From Diadema antillarum (taxonomy: Eukaryota), in the NCBI RefSeq assembly GCF_040938485.1, contig NW_027271551.1, positions 620,001 to 684,000 of the forward strand: DNA of 64,000 nt. The letters run 5' to 3'. Position numbers and translations under genes: made by a program. Position 1 is the first letter of the stretch, and each line of letters opens with the position of its first letter. The notes under the pieces were generated by a model, which had not been told where the DNA came from, made no database searches, and worked only from the letters and a program-made list of their open reading frames with translations. This document shows positions 27,210-39,237 of the stretch, one piece after another.

Positions 27210-28230
27210 CAACCGAGCTAACATTTTGGACGTTTTCTGATCGTTCTTGAAACGTTCCAAATTCGTTATTTGGACGTTTTCAGAACGTCTTTTTGTGGAA
27301 GGTTTTTTGACGTATTTAAAAAAAAATAAATATTTTTTTTAGGATCTGCAGAAAACCATTTTAAAACAGTCAAAACGCTCTGTGGACGCCCAGAAAACCT
27401 TTGACAACCGTCTAGAACGTTCATAAATCGTTTTAAAAGTTTTATGACCCTTTCCAGACTCGTTTAGAGAACCTTTTAATAACCGTCTAGAACGTCCAGA
27501 GAGCCATTAAAGAACGTCTAATGTGTATTTTTATTAAAAATTTAAAAAAGTAAACGCCATGAGATTATACAGTCACATTATGGGATTAATGAACCCTAAT
27601 ACTAATCCTATATTCTAATCTGTTCCTAACGTCCTACCACCATATACCTATATCCTATTCTCAGTTGATGTGTCTATATCACATTATTTTGTATACCGGC
27701 AAAAATGTTGTAATGCATGAAACATGGTTAACTCAACTAAGATTAAATCACATATGCCTTATAATTAGGCCTATTGAAATATGAAAATACCTCTTCATAA
27801 CACATTTAGAGATTGTGAATAACTGAAAAATCGATAACGTATAGGTACAATTAACACACAAAATTTGAATGCAGGATAAATACTTTAGATTTCAATGTCT
27901 TTTATCTATTTCCACTAGTTTTCAAATTTAAGATGTTCTTAGTTGAGTACATAAATATGCATGAATATTCATGATAAAGAAACCAATGACGAAGACGTAC
28001 CAGACCTAATAAAAACTTTTGTGGAAGTTTATAAATGACGAAGACATGGTAGACAGGCGTTTTGTAACGTCCATCGACGTTTTTAAAACGTTCTCAAACA
28101 AAAACCTGTGCTTCGTCCTATTGACGTTATATTATGTACGTTTTAAAACGTCCATTTCATACGAAGACGTGCGGAACCTGAAAAAAAAAAAGTTGAGGAA
28201 ACGTTTTTTTTTTAATGAATTTGCTGGGAT
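27210..28230. mobile_element. Probable degenerate CMC/EnSpm-like non-autonomous element with GGACGTT/AACGTCC subterminal repeats
   Basis: Clusters of AACGT/ACGTT motifs at both ends; the right end TTTGCTGGG loosely mirrors the left CCGAGCTAAC. No clear TSD. Confidence 0.4.
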
Positions 28231-29277
28231 CGTAATTATTGTAGGTGAAATTAATGATATTTGATAGCATCGCACGTTTTACATGATTTAATATCTTTTT
28301 GAAATATAATTATCATGATATTTATTTAATATGAATAAATATAAATAAATAATCAATAAAATAATAAACAAATAAATAGATAAAGCAAGCATAAAGGATT
28401 AATGCACGTACGATACATTTTGGTTAAAGTTATTATATATCCAACTATACTCATTGTGATTTGTATGTGTTTGTGTAAAAAGTTGCTTCCTTGGATAACT
28501 TCTCTGAAAATCGGCTATTGCATTATCTATGTCTACCCCTATGACGATCACACTATTTTTGCAAACAACAATCTTAGACACAACTGTTTTTCACCTAGGT
28601 CATCACTCAACGTCCTTGTAATCATCATGGTTATTATCAGTGCAAGCACCATTAATCACAAACAAACAAACAAACACACACACACACACACACACACAAA
28701 TGGCAAAATCTTTAATTGAATGAGACCATTAAGATACCAATAAGTTCGGTCACAGATTTTGGTGTTGCTCATTTGCGACCGATAGCCTACCTTGCACTGC
28801 ATGGCCACTGACGTGACCATGGTGACTGGGGTTTGCCTCACAGTTAAAAGAGTGTGTTATATCAAGAAGTTGAAAACACCTTTCAGGGCAGTTTATTTGA
28901 GTTCTTCTAGAGAAAAAAGAAGAACTACACTGCACAGTAGCGTTTTGCTAGCGACATGTAAAATAGTACTAAAATATCAGTCCAAAAAAAAACAACAACA
29001 ATCAGTTCACTCCATGTTATACATATTAGGCATCAAAAACAGTGACAACAAAATATAAACAAGAAAACACTTAGAACTGAAAACAAAGAAAGGCTATTGT
29101 AACAGTCTTTGAACTGCTAATGAGAAATAAGCTTTAGAAGTTAGTATACGTAATTTTCTTGAAGACAAACCAATTATTGTTTTGTAAGTTATTAATATTC
29201 ATATTTCATTTGCATTGTTATTATTATTAGTTGGTATTTACCATTACTGTTGTCATCATGACTACGCATACTACTTC

Positions 29278-29305
29278 TACTACTATGCTACTACTAGTAG
29301 AAGTA

Positions 29306-29343
<38 letters not shown>

Positions 29344-29481
29344 ACGAGTAGTAGTAGTATAGCAGTAGTAGTAGTAGTAGTAGCGGTGGTAGTAGTAGTA
29401 GTAGGCCTAGTAGTAGTAGTAGTAGTAGTAGCAGTAGTAAAGTAATATACGTAATAGTACGTAGTATAGTAGTAGTAGTAG
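29278..29481. repeat. Compound (TAG/CTA)n microsatellite island
   Basis: ~200 bp of interrupted AGT/TAG triplets, preceded by CTA triplets. Confidence 0.95.
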
Positions 29482-30107
29482 AGTACACATAAGAGAAAGA
29501 GAAGTATATACATTGTAGTAGCACAAGTGCAAGTTTCGCCGTCGTCTTTTCACTCCATTTTGAACGCGGGGAAAAATTACAATAACCACTCAGTTGACTG
29601 CATACCGGTAATATAGCCAAGAATAAATCAGTTGAGAAGTTGTTGCTGGACAATCTTTCAATGTTAAAGTGCCACATCTATTTCACAGCTTAAACACAAT
29701 GACAACAACAGCAAACAAACAAAAAAACAATAATGTAAAGGTCAAAAAGGTGACAAGAATGATCAGACCTGTGTGGATGTATATCCGTATACGAATACGA
29801 GAATTATTGCAATGAAGTCATTGACTTTTGTGGTTTTTGAATTATACCTTGCACCTCCTGCCTCGTGAGGATATGATGTCACCGGCAGTGCTCAGGAAAT
29901 ACAGCGGTCCAAACTGTGTGCTGTATCAGTCAGCACTCGCGGGTAGACCATCTGCTGACTGGTACCAGGTACCAGATATTGTTGTTGTTTTTGTTTTTGT
30001 TCTTTTTATTTAGTGATATAACACGGTGATTAAAGAGTTGAAGAGTAGGATCCTATACAATGGAAAGGAAGAGAGAAAGAAAAAGGAACAGATATATAGA
30101 TGTATCG

Positions 30108-30157
30108 GAGAGAAGAGAGAGAGAGAGAGAGATGATGATGATGATGATGATGATGAT
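30108..30157. repeat. Adjacent (GA)n and (GAT)9 microsatellites
   Basis: gagagaagagagagagagagaga followed directly by nine GAT units (30131-30157). Confidence 0.95.
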
Positions 30158-31072
30158 ATAGGCAATCAGACATACTTTTGGCGGAAATAAAATAAAATGA
30201 AATGAAATTAATTAAGGTTTTTACTTTCCCTATCGCAGTCATTTTGTTCCCTGTTCAAATTCATTATTGATGAAGTGAATACCTGTCAAATATCAGTCAG
30301 CCCCCTTTAAAGATAAACAAACTAAACAAGAAATTGTAAGCAAACAAACAAACAAAACATAGAGATTCATCAGTCATTTATTGATATCATGATCTTATTC
30401 CACAGTTACCCCCTCCCACACACACACACACACACACATACACACAACTACACTCAAAGATGAAGGTAAAATTTTACATCTCGATCCTTCTTGACGTATG
30501 ATATTATATATAATGTCATAATGACATGGTTGAAAGCAAAGGAAGTGACAAAAACAAACATCTAAAACAAATTTAAAACATGACTGGTACTAACGAAAGA
30601 GAAAAAGAAAAACAAGCAGGCACAACAAAGATCTGAGAAATCGAAATGAAACATTCGTATACAAGTTGTAACAAGTATTGAAGAGAGCATCTCGTCATTC
30701 TCATTCCTTTATTATCTAACAAGTGTAAAATTGAAATTTGGCAACTTTTTTGTTCTTTTTCCTTCTTGATTTTAATTAGTCTAATGTTCTCCCTTTGTGT
30801 GCTCGACCTAACTTATTTTGATAAAGTCATGAAGTTGAATGCACTCCTTTATACTTTATTAGGCTTTAATTGCCCCCTTTCAATCCGTTGGTCATTATGG
30901 ATGCCCATTTGCGCCTTTTGTGTTGCTTCACTTTTGTTACGTCCTGTTCTTCACCCCGATTCCCTGAACAATGTGTCAGTCGCTGCCTCACACGGCCGGA
31001 AAGGCTGTGGAATAAAACCGGAAAAACAACTCATGAGCTGTAACAGCGGGTGATTTGGTACTGTCAGGCACC

Positions 31073-31106
31073 GATTGGGACGATTTTCAGCTCAAAATGT
31101 ATAAAA
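31073..31106 (+). promoter_or_regulatory. Putative Trf core promoter: inverted CCAAT (GATTGG ~31073-31078) and TATAAAA (31100-31106)
   Basis: The motifs lie ~110-140 bp upstream of the ATG at 31216. ETS-like CCGGAAA cores occur at ~30996 and ~31018. Function is inferred. Confidence 0.5.
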
Positions 31107-31215
31107 GTCGACCACATTGTCTGTACTCCTCAGATTTCTCGGGTTCGTGCTTCCACGAGAGAAAAACTTCCAAAGCAACGAACAGAAAACTTGTCAAGAG
31201 ACGGATTCCATCACA

Positions 31216-33127
31216 ATGGCCTGGAAATCAACTTTGTTCATCCTCTTTCTCGCTGCACTTACTGTCGCAGGTAAGAATAACCTCTTTCTTTCACATCGAG
31301 TCCTATTTTTTTTTTCATATGTGTACTCTTTTACCTATTCCAAGATTACAATAAAAAAGTTTAGATAAAAATTTCAATATGCACAGAGAATGAGAGAAGA
31401 AAAAAAATTACGCGAAACTGAAATTCAAATAATCAGAGATGGCGTATGTTTGATTTTCTGCTCGATAAATCAAACCAGCGCTTAAACACTGTCTAGCCAA
31501 AACAAAAAAAAAAAAAAAAAAAAACCCAGATATGAATAACATATATATAATATATGATATATATTATATATAAATACTTTTATATATATGAGATTAAAAT
31601 CTCATATATAATAATATCTATATATACTATCATATATATAATATATATATATATATATACACTTAAACTTTATTTCTGTGTTAATTATAACTTCGTATAA
31701 CAATTACACTGTGTTTATGATTCCTAGTCTCTCTCTCAGGCTGGAAAGTTATTATTTTTACTTTCTGAACGAGAACGATACTCACGTATAATCACGGGAA
31801 AAACGGTTAGAGTTGGTTTTCAGTTCTACATTACTTGTTGCTTGAAGATTACATTATTATCTCAACGTCTAGTTTCCTTACCAGGGACTTTGGATAGCGT
31901 TTAAATGCTATGGGGTTTTGTGTTCCAATACGCACTCAAGGCGCACAAAGGGTTGACATGAGGCTACCACAAAGGTGTGTCTTGATTTGCAAAGTTCGGC
32001 AGGTCTAATTGCTTCTATTCGTCTAATAACGTAACGTTTTGTCCACTTCTTTTGTTGCAATATCTGAACTGATACCCTTCATAGTACTGTACATTGACAA
32101 TGATACCACCAAGATTGGAAACACGCGGACTTTATAATATACGTCTGTCTTTGGTGCTTATTTTACAGTTTGCGCACAGAACGGTCGTCGGGGTCCAGAC
32201 GATATACGAAGGCGGGGTCGACCCTCTGATCGTCCTGGTAGTTGGGGAGGACCAGGTGGCCGCCAGACTGAGGCGAATCTAGAGCAACGCGGAGGCGGAC
32301 GACGAGATGGTGGTCGTAGGAATGAGGGACGTTCTCGACCAGGGGAGCAATTTTCAGACGGCCAAGAAAGACAAGGCGTAGAGGGAGGTGAAGGAGCTGA
32401 GTTCGGAGGACCAGGGGGCTTCAGACGAAGAGGCGGTAAACCGTTCTTTGGACAGGGAGGAAGACAAGAGGAAGGTCGACAAGGAGGACCGGATGGGGAT
32501 ATGTCACCGATGTCTTTTGGTGGTGGTAGGAGGTCTGATAGAGCCAATGAAACTGATGGAGACGAAAGCTTCCCTGGTCGTCATCACGGAAGGCATCACT
32601 CACGCCACCATCACCATCATCAACATCACCATGGAAGGCGTAATGAGAGTGAGGAATCTGAAGAAGGAGATAACAACGGTACCAGTATCTTCCCTTTCAG
32701 GTTCGGTCGCCATGGAAACCGCCGACATCACCATGTAAAGTGCAATGAGAGTGAGGAGTATGATGGCGAAGAAGACAACAATGACACTCGCATCTCTGAC
32801 TTCGAGGATGCACCATTTGGTAGACCATCTCGTCGTCGTCATCATCCCTGCAAACGTAATCGTACTGAGGAGGAAAATGAAATCTCAGATCGAGGGGATC
32901 GCCGTGATCAATCTGGACGGGATGGTGGGCGACGCGGCGAAGGTGGAAATGGTCATCCCTTCCAACGTCCGGGCAATGGTGGTCGTCCATTTGGCCGTCG
33001 AGGTGACAGAAAACCCGACAGCGATGACGAGGACATGTCGACCACTATCTCAACAAGGACTGAAGAAGTTGAAATAGAAGCAGTTGTTACCGACATCCCC
33101 GAAGTGAATGACGGATTTTTGGCATGA
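31216..33127 (+). CDS. Trf: Transformer (Trf, 185/333)-like secreted immune effector, 337 aa, two exons (31216-31270 leader; 32169-33127 mature protein)
   Basis: Exon 1 encodes MAWKSTLFILFLAALTVA followed by G|gtaag. After an 898-nt intron (ttttacag|), exon 2 is one open frame: VCA|QNGRRGPDD...GGKPFFGQGGRQ...RHHGRHHSRHHHHHQHHHGRRNESEE...RPFGRRGDRK...TEEVEIEAVVTDIPEVNDGFLA*. The two-exon leader + Gly-rich + PFFGQGG + His-rich + RGD + N-X-S/T + acidic C-terminus layout is diagnostic of sea urchin 185/333 proteins (from recalled SpTrf sequences). Confidence 0.85.
31541..31660. repeat. Degenerate (TA)n tract in the Trf-like intron
   Basis: Direct reading. Confidence 0.85.
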
Positions 33128-33527
33128 GCAGACTTTCTTCGTGTTTTCATGCCCAAGGACTTGGTGAACATTAGAATTTTGTTATCGACCCTGCTTAGCT
33201 CGTTTTACGTGGAATGGCACAGACTCGATTGCTCCAAGTTGTATGTCATATACATGTATTTGGAGCAGTAATCCCCTTTAAAATCTTTCCCCAAGCTGCC
33301 ACAGACTTCTGCAGTCACGTTTTCTTATTTCTCGACTGCACTCAGGACTTTTGATAATCTCCCGTTCAGCGTTATTACCCAATTTCTAGAAAATGATAAA
33401 AACCTATTTGATATAATTTTGTTCATATAAGTCGCCACATTTGAAAATGCAATTTGAAATGATCATGATTTGTCGTATTAACTGCCACTTTTGACAAGTG
33501 GGAACGGAATATGCATGTAAAAATAAT

Positions 33528-33533
33528 AATAAA
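33528..33533 (+). terminator. Candidate polyadenylation signal of the Trf-like gene
   Basis: AATAAA ~400 nt after the stop codon, followed by GT/T-rich sequence. Confidence 0.4.
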
Positions 33534-34970
33534 CTGCATAATTTATGATGCACTATATTGCCATACTTTCAACCGTAATGCCGCGTTGTTTGTTTGTTTT
33601 TATGTGCCCTTGATAGAGCAGGAGACAAAAAGAACATTTTACATTTTGTTGATAAGTGTTATGTGTGTTTGTGTGTACATGTGTTTCATGTTCGTAGTGA
33701 GGAATTGCGATGTGATTGAAATACATGTGCAGACTAAGAAAAGAAAACACAAAATAGTTTGAAACACAAAAACACGCATACACACACACGCGAGCACGCA
33801 CACACAGTATATTGGAGGATAATTCACATTTCACGATATTGGGCCAACAGTGAAATATAATTTCATGTTTGATCACGTGTATGCAAAGCATTTCCTTCCT
33901 TACCCTTAGTTTTCCAATTACATGTTTCCTGTCATTTTTTTTTTCTTGAGTATGAAAATGTGCCACAAATTACAGAATACAGAATAAGCACTAAAACACA
34001 CAGATTTGATTTCAAGCTCATCTTTTTTTTCCTTTCCAATTCTTCATTTACATCTCATGATATCCATCAGCTGTCCATGTCATACAATGTAATACATGTA
34101 CAAATATATTTTGAGAGACATTAAGTCCCAAGTGTGTAAAACCATGGTGCATAGTGTAGATGACACTCCTGTGTTTGAGCATCTCAGTCACAGTGTATAA
34201 ATATACACATACATTCTCTCGATGCCATCTTCAGGCATAAAATGAATTTTCTGTACATACATTTGATTTGAAAAAATCTCATTCAAAGAATAAATAAATA
34301 AAAATTGATGCATTGTTCTGAATTGCTTTTTAAGCATAAATGTACTTCATTTTCCTCTGAAACACTATCTTTACACCAAAATCAAATTTGAGACAACAAA
34401 ACCGCGTGTAAACCAACCCTTGAAACATTTCCCACTTCCTTCATGATTCAATAATTTTACACACATTTTTGGATAACTCCCTTCTAACATTCATGACAAA
34501 CCTCAAAATTTTGTAGACATTGTGTCATGACTGCCAACTGGGTACACATGTTCCATTTTTTGCTACTTTGTGGGTGGAATTTCCTTTCCGTATATCTGAA
34601 TCCATGTGCCTTTTACTGGCTCCAGTGTGAGCTTCAACACGGACAAATTGAACTGGAGCAATTCTACTCCACGCTGCAGTATATAGTTCTACAGTTGTAG
34701 GCACAGTACTTGATATTGTGAATATCGTTCTTATGATGGAATCGGGATAGCTCCACATTACGTGAAGATTGTTCAGGAAGGTTTCAGAGCATCCTTATCA
34801 ATTTCAGAAAGGATATTGTCTCATAAAGGGTTATCATCAAGGTATCAACATCCCAAAGATTAACATAATTACGGTGGTCTTAAGGGGTTTTTAGCACACA
34901 AAATTAATGCAAGACATCTTGAAGATATGCAACATTCTGTGCACTATGCTCAAAATCTGCGACTTGTTAA

Positions 34971-35394
34971 AGGCACATGGTCCCGTGGTTTAGTTGAATG
35001 CGTAAGCGGGCACACAGCGCAAGTTTCCTATAGAGACCTACGCTTATCGACTCCTCTTTAGCGCTTATGCTGTGACCCACTTCCCCAAGTCCTAAGAAGA
35101 CGATCCACTGTAGTCAGTGGTCTGATCACAGTTCGGCTCATGATTCGGCTGAGGGGGATGACAGCTTTAGCAAACTTCTTTTGTGATGTCATAATACAAA
35201 GCACATATGCACGCTCCCTGGCATTACTACAGACCATGTGATGCATAGAGAAGACAACGAAGGCAACGTTACCTAGCAACACCTACGCGCTTTACTCTTG
35301 ATGACACCTCAACTTTGACAATCTTCGTACCAATACTAATGGTGATCGGCAGTCTCATCAACAGCGCCCTCTACACTACCGGGACTATGTGCCT
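34971..35394. mobile_element. Kolobok-like MITE family A, copy 2
   Basis: TTAA TSD; colinear with 6024-6447. Confidence 0.8.
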
Positions 35395-35655
35395 TTAAAT
35401 TGCTGAAATTGTAAGTACAGTGTGTAGGCAAATGTGTCCATAAATGTACCAAATATCTGGCTAAAGATAACACCTTTTGATTGCAGACCATTCACTATGG
35501 TCAAATGTTCAAAACTATGGCTGTGATAGCCCCTGAGGACATCTGGACCCTTTAGTCCAGGATGTGACATTATTTTCAGCAATATTTCATTCTCAGGCTG
35601 CCTGGCAGTAGATGGCGCTATTCTAATCATCTGCTTGCCAGTAGAAGCACACCAG

Positions 35656-35803
35656 GGCCCTGTTGCACAAAAGTTGTGATCAATCATTAGACATAAAATC
35701 AACAAACGTAAGGCCCTGAATATTCAATTCCAATCGGCTGATAACAGACTTCTGTTTGATTTTCTGACTTGTACATGAGAGCATCGTTTTATGCAACAGG
35801 GCC
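35656..35803. mobile_element. PIF/Harbinger-like MITE with CAG TSD
   Basis: TIR GGCCCTGTTGCA / TGCAACAGGGCC; CAG on both sides. Confidence 0.65.
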
Positions 35804-36877
35804 CAGCCAGCAGACAATCAGAGTTAACCATCCATTGACGGGCAGGCAGATGATGAAACATATTGCATTATACATCCTATTTTGTACTACTCCATAATGA
35901 GCTTGACCCTAACTACAGGGGCCTATCCACAATGTCAAGATCTTTTCCATACAGCAAAGTTACAATTTTATGTGTTATCATTCTCTTTATTTTTCTTGAC
36001 TTTTAATCGCAAATATCTCCATTTGGCAATATGGACTTATTGGTATCTGCAAACAAACTCTTCATTTTCTTTTGTGTTACATACTTCACAGATAGATGCT
36101 ATGATTTGCAAGATGATATCACAACAGCCTTTGTGATTCTCTGGCATTATGTTTCTATCTGAATGATTCTACTATACCCAATCTCCAAGAGAAAAAAAAA
36201 TGAAATTACATTACAGTAAAAAGATTTTCTTCAAAATCGAATGCATGTCAATTTCCAAGGAGGAATAATGCTGATTTGGTACTTCAATGGATGAAACCAA
36301 TGCATTTTCCATGGCATAATAGTGGCAACTATACACCACATAGCAATTAATGCTGGAGAAAGAAAAAAACAGCAATAAAAAGAGGTTTTCTTTGAAATGT
36401 TGCTAAACATCTTCACCCCCCCCCCCAAAAAAAAAAAAAAAAAACTCCATTACTGCTCAGACAACCTGGTACAAGTGTATCTACAATTGTACTGTATCTC
36501 CCTTCTCAGTCAGAGAGGCAACATAATTCTAGTGCATGGGGAAATGAAACAGCAAGAGTAAAAGAAGTGTAAAAATATTGGCCTTCTGCCATAAATGTAG
36601 AGCAGATTCCACCATTCCTATCCTTGGCGATAAATGGCATCAAGGTAGTTTAACGGGGTCCTGTACCACATGCAATGCACTTGTCAGTGTTCCATGTACA
36701 AGTTGCATGGGCAGTGCCTTTGCACAAAGACATGAGCAGGACATCATACTCAGTTCAAGTGTTCAAAATCATTTCCACACAGTGTTTCTCTACTTTTGCG
36801 ACAACAAAATAATTGCTTCCATGGACAAAAGTTCTCCCTCTCTCTAAAAAAAGAGCAGAAAATATTCCAAATCATTA

Positions 36878-38126
36878 TCAGACCGGGGTACCCTCTCCTC
36901 TTGATGAGGTTTCAGTTCTGGCTTTGGTCTGATCCACATTTGTTACGTCTTCGAGAGAAATCTTGTCCACGGCGTGAAGGAGACCGTCCAGGTTGTCGTG
37001 ATACTGCTTGCCAGACATCCCCAGCTGGCTTGGCAGAGGGCTGCTGTAGGCGTGAGATGCTTCCACCTCCTCCAGAACCCTGGAGGACTTGAGGTCCTCT
37101 ACAGCCCCTCGCACCAAGACATTGAGAAGCCACTCAGAGTTACGCTTGCGCTCCGTTGTGAGGGGTGGGTAGGGGTTCCCGATGTACTCCAGGAAGGCCG
37201 TCTTCTGATTGTGATCTCCTTGGAAACCCGGAACTCGCAACAGCCTGGTGAAGTTCTGTGCTGTCCCTTCAAAGCGGGGACCTAGCACTTTAAAAAGCTT
37301 GTGAACTTGCTTCTTATCCTGTGATAAGAACAAAAAGAGACAACATTGACTACTTAATTTGCAGATGACACATGTAACAGGAACTCTTTGACAATTTGAA
37401 GTGTTGGTTGAAGGTATTTTATGACTATCAATAGACTTGACTTTGAACATCACGATTTTAATGCACTGCAAGTTAGACCACATGTTTGTCATTTTAGAAA
37501 TATCATAACATGTCAGCAAACTTTGTTAATTTTTCAGTCATTATCATGTTATCTGTATGCAGTCTCCAATAAAGTAATAACCATCATTAGTGATGTTTTC
37601 CCTTCACTCAATCATGAGCAAAAGGGCTTTTAATCCATCTAGAACAAGCTGGTTTAATGTAGCACATATTTTTCAATACCTGTTTGTGCATTCTCATGAC
37701 TAGTCTTCGACAGGTTAATAACGTCACTTTAAATTTCAAGAAGTATGCATACATTGTACATATTGAGCTGTTAAATCATTCACAGTCAACACATTGAAGA
37801 CAGAACATGCAAAAAAGTCCTTTGAAGAAATGCACAAAGAAAGTAATGCATTTACAAGTACTTGTTTCAAAGCCTTTTCCTTTGTGACATTTCAATTAAA
37901 TTTCAGTGATACAGATGAGAACAGTCTGCAGTACCAAGCCTATAAACAGAGTGCTGGTTTACACAAAAACAATAAATTCCCTAAGTACTTCTTTTTCTTA
38001 TTTTCCTTCTTCATTCCACTATCACATGCCTTGCAATGTTATGAAAATAATACAAAACATACAGTGTTGACAACTTTTGTCCATTCCGTACACTCAAGGA
38101 ACATACTCTGAAAAACACACACATAT

Positions 38127-38161
<35 letters not shown>

Positions 38162-39203
38162 AACTGTTCATATAAGAAAGCTACTTCCACATCTCTATGT
38201 CCCAGTAAATTCAAAATCCACATACACTTGTAATTTTTTGTAAGTAAAATACAGGATTACAAAGTAAACCCAATGCGACACACATCAAAGCTAAGCAGTC
38301 GTAGTGTGTAGAAAATTACGTAACTTATCATATGGGAATCTGGCGAAGAATACGTTTATGTACATATCATGTTACTTTTGTCACAGATATTTGTATCACA
38401 AGTGTGCCGTCTTTACCTTGAGCCAGAAGTCAGCTATTTTCATGGCTTCAGGATCCCGGTCTCCCCTTTTTGCCACAGTGATAAGCTGTTGAAGAGAGAA
38501 AGGAATGCCGCACTCGTTACTTGTGGAGTACAATGTAGCTGGCGATATGTTATGTGGGAGGGAAGTGTTATCCAAATAATTGTCTTTACAGTGACATACA
38601 CCATACTAGTTAATTAGTTTGGGGGGGGGGGGCAAGAGTTCCTTTTGTATCCCCCACTAATCTTTTGTCATATCTCTCTACACTATTAGCACTCCACCCT
38701 TATTGCCTAATGCACGGCTGCACGCTGTCCTTATGTCAGAGAGAAGCTAGGAGTGAGATTACATATACACGTCAGCAAGGGGGGGGGGGGAGGGTATGCA
38801 TCTTCCTTCCAAGATAAAGAGCTTTCAAATTTCAACTTGAAGCAATACACTTGGCAATCGGGTGCATGCCATACAGTATTATACAATATATAACATTTGT
38901 CTTATTCTGAAAAAAATATATACATATGAAGAGTTTGTTTGCAAAAACCGATAAGTCCATATTTGCCAGAGATATTTGCGATTGAAGGTCAAGAAAAATA
39001 AAGAGAATAATAAGAAATTTTTCGCTTCTTTTGACCATAACTTCAACAATACATGTACCATTATATGTAGTGACCAATATATAATTTAAAAGGTATTATT
39101 TTGTACTTTATATCAGAGACCGTACTTCAAAATCTTCAAAAATGGACTTATCGGTTTTTGCCAATAAACTCTTCATAGTATCTATAATATATATACATTA
39201 TAC

Positions 39204-39237
<34 letters not shown>

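Noticed and set aside
29215-29677. Poly-Val, poly-Thr, poly-Leu and poly-Tyr ORFs
   Set aside because: Artefacts of the TAG/CTA microsatellite.
32158-33171. Several antisense and alternate-frame ORFs over the Trf-like exon 2
   Set aside because: These are shadows of a GC-rich, low-complexity coding exon. Only the frame joined to the leader exon gives a signal peptide plus family motifs.
34525-34960. Coding-like composition on the minus strand between Trf and MRPL17
   Set aside because: All frames are broken by stops and no family motif is recognisable. It may be a decayed transposon or UTR sequence.
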